Assembly: GCF_009914755.1 (NCBI RefSeq)
Contig: NC_060925.1
Direction: 5' to 3' (one strand)
DNA: 64,000 nt
Origin: the human T2T-CHM13v2.0 reference genome, Homo sapiens
Numbering within the stretch: position 1 is the stretch's first letter; each line of letters begins with the position of its first letter. Below are positions 58,291 to 64,000 of this stretch, in pieces. The notes below the pieces were generated by a model. That model was not told where the DNA came from. It was given only the letters and a program-made list of their open reading frames with translations, and ran no database searches. Made by a program: the position numbers and the translations under genes.

Positions 58291-59149
58291 CAGAATAGCA
58301 AGGAAGGGAATACTAAGGAAGGTCAAAGCTACACATTCTATGTTCTCTTACTTTGAATCATCAATTCAGTCATTGGGGTTCTCTGTCCAGTTAATTAATG
58401 CAGACTTTCATTATTTAGGGATTTGAACCCTTGGTGGATCTGCCTATGAGGGGTTGTAACAGTCTTCTGTTAAGATTCCATGCAGAGTCTACCATTTCCA
58501 TACTTTCTTCTCTCTATTCTCACTATATAACAGCAACTCTATTTTGCCTTGCTACTCAAGTTCAACCAGCCCAGCTGAAATACAACTTCTTTTTGTGTGA
58601 TCGCCTCGTGGCATAAAGAACAAGAAAGGCAAAGGGGGCACTGGCAGACTCCAATTTAAGGGAATAATTATTATGTCTCCTGGTAGAAATAGAACCCAGA
58701 GTCAAAAGGACAAGCAGCACAAATATTGCTAGGAGGTCATTAGATGCAATAATGCAAAACACCACTCCCTTCTAGCTGTCGGTTCCCAAAAGTTCACATC
58801 TTACTCATGAAGAGTAGTAGTAGGAAAACAATATTTATCAATCTCTGATTTATAGCAACATCTAGAAGAGCAAACCAGCTTTACAGGGTGTTGGCATCAA
58901 CCAACAACAATAGTCTTCAATATTGCATTCCTCCACTGTGGAAGAGTAGCTGCTCGTGGGTGTTGAGGCATACAATGGTACCAGTGATTCCCAGGAGCAT
59001 CAGCCCATTGCCCTTTATTCTGCTATGATTTGCATTCTTTAGCCCAACATTGCATAGACCACCATAATACTACATATGGCATTGGTGTGCCCACAGTTGG
59101 TGCCAGCATAGGCATGATGGGTGGGGAAAACAAATCCAAATCTTCTTAT

Positions 59150-59305
59150 CAATACTATAATATAGGTATTCTTATTATTTCCACTTTACATATGAGGCAA
59201 TTAAGACATAAGTTAAATAAAACTTGCCCAAGGTCACATAGTCAGTGGTAGAGACAGGATTCACATCACTGTCTGGGTCCGGTGGAAGATCTTAACCACT
59301 GGGCC
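59150..59305 (-). mobile_element. MIR
   Basis: ccactttacatatgagg...aacttgcccaaggtcacatagtcagtggtagagacaggattc. Confidence 0.8.
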
Positions 59306-59594
59306 TCTTTGGAGAAATTAGGTGACTCAACCAATGCAATAACCAAGACACTGGTCCTCTAATTACTGCTTTATCACTGTGTACTCTCTGCTATACTACC
59401 TGCTTGCTTTGTGGGTGCAGGAAAAACACTAAGGATTTATAACCCTAGAAGAGAAAGAGTAAACATTTTTTACATAACCATTGGTAGTGCTAAACATATC
59501 ATGTTGTTTATCTTACAAATATGAAATGTGAAACCTCATTAATTTTTAAGTAGCTTAGATTTAGTAACATAGGTTTTCACCAAACAGAAGTAAA

Positions 59595-59860
59595 CTGAAA
59601 TCATTGTCACCCTCCTATGTAAAACCCTTAAGCAATTCCCCACTCACTTTAAAATAGTGTCCAAATTCCTTAGCCAGGTGAATTTCATGAATTGATCCCT
59701 GCCTACACCACCACCCCTACACCATCACTCCAGTCTTACTGCTCCTGTTGTATCCTCACTACGGGTTCCAAATATATGGAAACACAAACAAATTCTTCCA
59801 TGTACCTGGGCATTTGTGTAAGATAAACCCTCTGCCCAGAAAGTTCTTCTATTTCTGGTT
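59595..59860 (+). mobile_element. L2 fragment (resumes ~60430-60630)
   Basis: tcattgtcaccctcctatgtaaaaccctt...gtccaaattccttagcc. Confidence 0.6.
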
Positions 59861-59898
59861 TAGGCCTCTGCTCTGGCCCCATATAGTCGTATTAACCA

Positions 59899-60419
59899 TG
59901 TTTTTTTTATTTTGTTTATTTTGACATTTTGACATTTTAGGCCTTGCTGTCTCCCTGGAGGGACTGCCCCTTCAAGGGTTAGCTAATTCCTAGTGAGAGC
60001 AAACAACTAGCCTGGGAGCATGCCTTTGATATGCAAACTACCAATCCAGAGGCTGTACCCCCAACTGCCTTCTTTATCAGCTCTCATCTACCTGCCGGAA
60101 TCACCCCAGGGCCAGGTACCAGACAACTAGAAACAGCCCTTACGCCAGAGACTGCTGAAATTATTCAAACTAGCCAATCCTAAATCTGCTCACTCTGCTT
60201 TGTCTAATCACAAGAAAGGCTGTTGCCCACATTGCCCCTTCCATCCTCCTCCACCCCCACCTCCTGATCGACCCTAGTGCTTCCCCACATGGCCTCTCAT
60301 AGCACATTGTACCCTCTCCTCTTGAAGTTTCTGAGTGCAACTATTTTTTCTATCTATTCATCTCCTGATCTGTTGGCCTCATCATACCTAAATAATAACA
60401 AAAACTTTATTTTAAGATA
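59899..60419 (+). mobile_element. MER39/LTR48-like (MER4 group) solo LTR
   Basis: gccttgctg..ccctggagggactgcccc...gctaattcctag...atatgcaaactaccaatccagag...ccaggtaccagacaactag. Confidence 0.65.
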
Positions 60420-61890
60420 TGATGAGTTGATTGCTCCTGCTTTTTTGCTACCACAGTACCATAAAGATACTGCTGTTGTACTTTCCACACGCCACACAGC
60501 ATTTCTTTATGGAACTGTCTCTGCTGATGGCCTATGAACTTTCTGAGAAACACTTCCATGTTTGTACTATCAGCACCTAGCCTACTGCCGGTCACAGCAC
60601 AGGCTCTCAGTACATGCTTAATAGATTAATTAATTAAGTAATTATTCCTAAAAACCATGGCATGTCAAGTCGCTTCTATTCAAATCTCACTTTTCAGCTG
60701 CCCTGTCCATGTAACAATGCTTATAAATCCAGGCACCAAATTTATGCATGAAAAATTAGAACTCAACTCATTGGTACATATAACCAGTTAATATAAGTAT
60801 GAAACAACTCCAACCATGGTAGCAAATGTCCAAGTCAAAAATAGGCTTTACAACTGGAAAATATTATTATTAGCTGCAAAAATGTGTGTAAAAGAAGTTC
60901 AGAGCAAAAGTACAGACTGTGGCTTTATTGCTTTAATTTTAAACTCTTCATCCCAACCCCATGAATCTGAGGGTTCATAAATTCTATTTGATGATAACTT
61001 ACAAAAGGAAGAAATGGCTTCCATATATTTAAGCCCTAGATGTATAACAATACATAAATGGTAAATGATCTCACAGTATTTCATTTCAGCTACCATGTTG
61101 CTAAAGAGGGGAAATGACATGTAACTGAGGGCCTACTATGTGCCAGGGCCTGTGCTAGGTGTTAAATGAGTTATTGAGGTTAAGCCTCATGATAATCTAG
61201 CAAATTCAGTGCTGTGGCAGCCCTCTCCCTTCAAAGACACCACGTTAAATGAGCTCCTATCCTTCTACCTGATGTGGAAAGAGAAATAAATTTACATGTT
61301 AAGTTAGTCCTGGTTGGAAGGCAGTGGGAGGGCGGGACTGAAAATAGAGAATGAAACGATGCATATGCTTTACTGGAAGAGAAAATAGAAGCACCACCGA
61401 ACATATAAGTATACGTAGGAAAAGATGCCAGTATCTGGGTTGAGAGGGTGCAACAAAGTAGTCATCCAAACTGCACACAGAAGGAAATAAGTAGGCAGGG
61501 TGGGTGGTGCGGGGACTTGCAAGTGCCAAGGTGACATAGAGGGAGGAGGTGTAAGGGTCTATAGCTGGGTTTCTGCTTCGATATCTTCAGCCCACACTAG
61601 AATTGTGTCTGATTCATTATTTGTACTCTCAATATTTGTTGAATGAATGAATGGATGAAACAATGAATTAACATTTTTCAAACAGTTTAAATTGTCATTT
61701 AGGCACAACCTTTAATGCAAAACCATCTGGTTGTGCCACTGACATACTTATGTGTGGATCTTATAAAAATGGGTCCCCCAGAAAACTGCTGTCATGGCTC
61801 TTGTCTGTCACCTTAAGAGATAACAGCTGTCTGTTTGTGGAACAAAAGGAGACGTAGTTACTTCTGAAGTGTCCATAAGACAGTACAAAC

Positions 61891-61905
61891 AGAACATAAT
61901 GTACA
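61891..61905. promoter_or_regulatory. Steroid (GR/AR/PR/MR) response element
   Basis: AGAACAtaaTGTACA (reverse complement TGTACAttaTGTTCT). Confidence 0.45.
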
Positions 61906-62159
61906 GGGATCCATCAGCCTGTTTTCACTTCTTTTTATTAATGTTTGCATTTCTCTCCCAGCATTAGGAAGTCTTGTTGTTTCCAAGGTACGCTTGTTTT
62001 CCAAGGAAGTGCCTCGGTGGCCGTCTCATGGGGCAGAAAAAGATCTGGGCTTCCTAATCCGATGTCAACCACAGCAGCTTCAATTTAAATTCATGTCATC
62101 AGCCTCCAGGTCAGAGTTTTACAATAATACTTAATATGATTTGTTTTAAGTTAATTATG

Positions 62160-62335
62160 TGCCAAGGTCCAAATTCTGACACTACCACTTAGTAACTGTG
62201 TGACCCTGGGCTTTAGTGTGACCTTAGGCAAGATGCTGATCTGTGACTCAGTTTTCTTATCTGTAAATGGGAGATAATAACAATACCTACCTGAAAGAAC
62301 TGTTATGAGGATTAAGTATATGGAAATGCTATACC
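62160..62335 (+). mobile_element. MIR
   Basis: ccacttagtaactgtgtgacc...ctcagttttcttatctgtaaatgggagataataac. Confidence 0.8.
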
Positions 62336-62344
62336 GTATACATT

Positions 62345-62545
62345 TTAGAAACTCTTCTCATTGTCTCATTTAATCCTTAAAATGGTCCCTCTGAGGAACT
62401 ATTGCCACCTCCCTAGCATAGATGAGACAACTGGCATTTAGAGAGATTTAGTATCTTTTTCAAGGTCACAATCTATAAGTGGCAGGGCTAGGATTGAAAC
62501 ACAGACCTAGTCAACAGTGAAGCCTGTACCCATAATCTTACACAG
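62345..62545 (-). mobile_element. MIR
   Basis: tctcatttaatcc...agatgagacaactgg...caaggtcaca...ggattgaaacacag. Confidence 0.75.
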
Positions 62546-63449
62546 AGGTAAAATGGAGGTAACACAGATAAAAAGACATTTGAAAATCACAAATTTAGAT
62601 CTTTTGATGAGGAGGCAAGGTTCAAATTGACTCTTTAAATGAATGTTGACTTTTTAAAGTTTAACATTTCAATGCTGCTTAAATAAAATCCGCTATTTTA
62701 AATGGCATATGCAACATTTCCAAACAAAAGTAAGAAGACACCAGGATGATATAAATTAACGTGTGAAAAGAGGCAGAAAAACACATGTAGATCAATCATG
62801 CCTTTTACATTAGCAGAAATATTGCAAGGCCACTCAAGAATGCTTGTTTAAATTCATTTTGAAAACTCGAACTAATTTTCCTTCCTGCAGCTGCTACCCC
62901 TTATGTTGCACGCTCTACTAAAAGCACAAAAGAGCCTGCCTTCCTCAATGTGTGCCGTCATCACCCTTGACTCCCTGGTTTAGCCAGGAGCGCAGGGAGT
63001 TTACAGCACAGCTTCTCATTCAGCTTCAGATTGTTATATTGGGTCCTGCAGGGATGGTCCCTTGTCTTTAATATTTGGAAGAAATATCTGTTTTCTTTTA
63101 GAGGGAGTCACAGCATTTGCCCCTATTTATCTTTCCTCATTTTACTTTGAGACACTATAAATAATAAAATACAATATCTATTCCCAATGTGAAAAGCAGC
63201 TCCCCTTTCTGAAGTGTCCTGGTCTTCCTTCATAGTTGTTGGCCTATCCTCAAATACGCCACATTTAATATGCCGGTGGGGTTTATGAATCCCCAACAGA
63301 GATTAGGCATGCTTTCGAGAAGAAGGTGGAAGGGCTGAGTTCAAGCCCTGATGCCACTAATCGGATGGGTAACTTTAGATACGTTGCTTAGCTCTCTCAG
63401 TCCTAAGCTTAAAAAAAAAAAAAAAGTTAAAATGGTGACGATGATAATA

Positions 63450-63700
63450 ATCATTCAGTTGTTCATTCACAGTCACATTTTCTAAGCACCTACTTTTCGC
63501 GAGGCACTGGAAAACAAAGGTGAGTAATAAAAAAATTTCTAAATGCAACTGCTCACAATCTAGATCAGGAGACAGGAATCTAAACAAATCAGTAATGAGA
63601 AAAAGGAGAAAGGCTGTGACAAGAGACATCTCTATTTGGAACATCAGCTGTGGAAGGAGGAGGAGGAACTGACCATTCCTAAGAGATACAGCCTTAGTTG
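63450..63700 (-). mobile_element. L2 3' end
   Basis: ttcattcacagtcacattttctaagcacctact...ctcacaatctag. Confidence 0.6.
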
Positions 63701-63794
63701 GAAACCACACATATTTCTACTTCACAAGGTTATTGGGAGGTTCCAGTGACATAATGAATTTGATTCCTTTGAGAACTTTACAGAGTAATTTCCA

Positions 63795-64000
63795 TGTGCA
63801 GCAGATGTTGTTGATGCCCCGCCCTCATCCCTGTGCCTTTACCACTTCAGTGCAAACTGGGGACTTTAAACTTCCAGCACCTGCATGTCTGCCTGAGGGA
63901 TTTTTCCAGCCTCCAGGGCCCACCTGCTTTTCCACCTGTTCTGCCAAGGAATCAACGCCCACCGCCACATGCCCAGAGCAGTCCTCAACCAAATAAATAC
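63795..64000 (+). mobile_element. LTR16C-like ERVL LTR (runs off window)
   Basis: gatgccccgccctcatccc...cttccagcacctgcatgtctgcctgagggattttt. Confidence 0.6.

Overview
Primate (most likely human) AT-rich, CpG-depleted intergenic or deep-intronic DNA. No protein-coding gene, RNA gene, CpG island or prokaryote-type feature is supported; the longer ORFs in the track are L1 ORF2, ERVL gag, Alu-antisense or microsatellite artefacts. A large part of the window is a layered record of retroelements and DNA transposons: a decayed ERVL provirus (LTR16-type LTR, gag/protease/RT/RNase H remnants, nested MER21), a complete MaLR (MSTB-type) provirus with a nested Alu, several solo LTRs, two twin-priming (5'-inverted) L1s, an L1 nested in an L1, a 3 kb L1MA-type fragment, Charlie/Tigger elements, and many MIR/L2 remnants. 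The most notable signal outside recognisable repeats is a pair of paralogous ~160-200 bp elements about 14.5 kb apart (20222-20422 and 34684-34877). They share invariant blocks, including an AP-1 site and NFI half-sites, separated by diverged spacers, which suggests an anciently duplicated, constrained cis-regulatory module. Also notable are a near-consensus steroid response element cluster (~61.9 kb), an 800 bp quasi-palindromic AT-rich repeat with a 64 bp stem (~55.1-55.9 kb), and an orphan L1 tail (~34.1 kb). Subfamily names were assigned by eye from remembered consensus sequences, and boundaries of old repeats are approximate.
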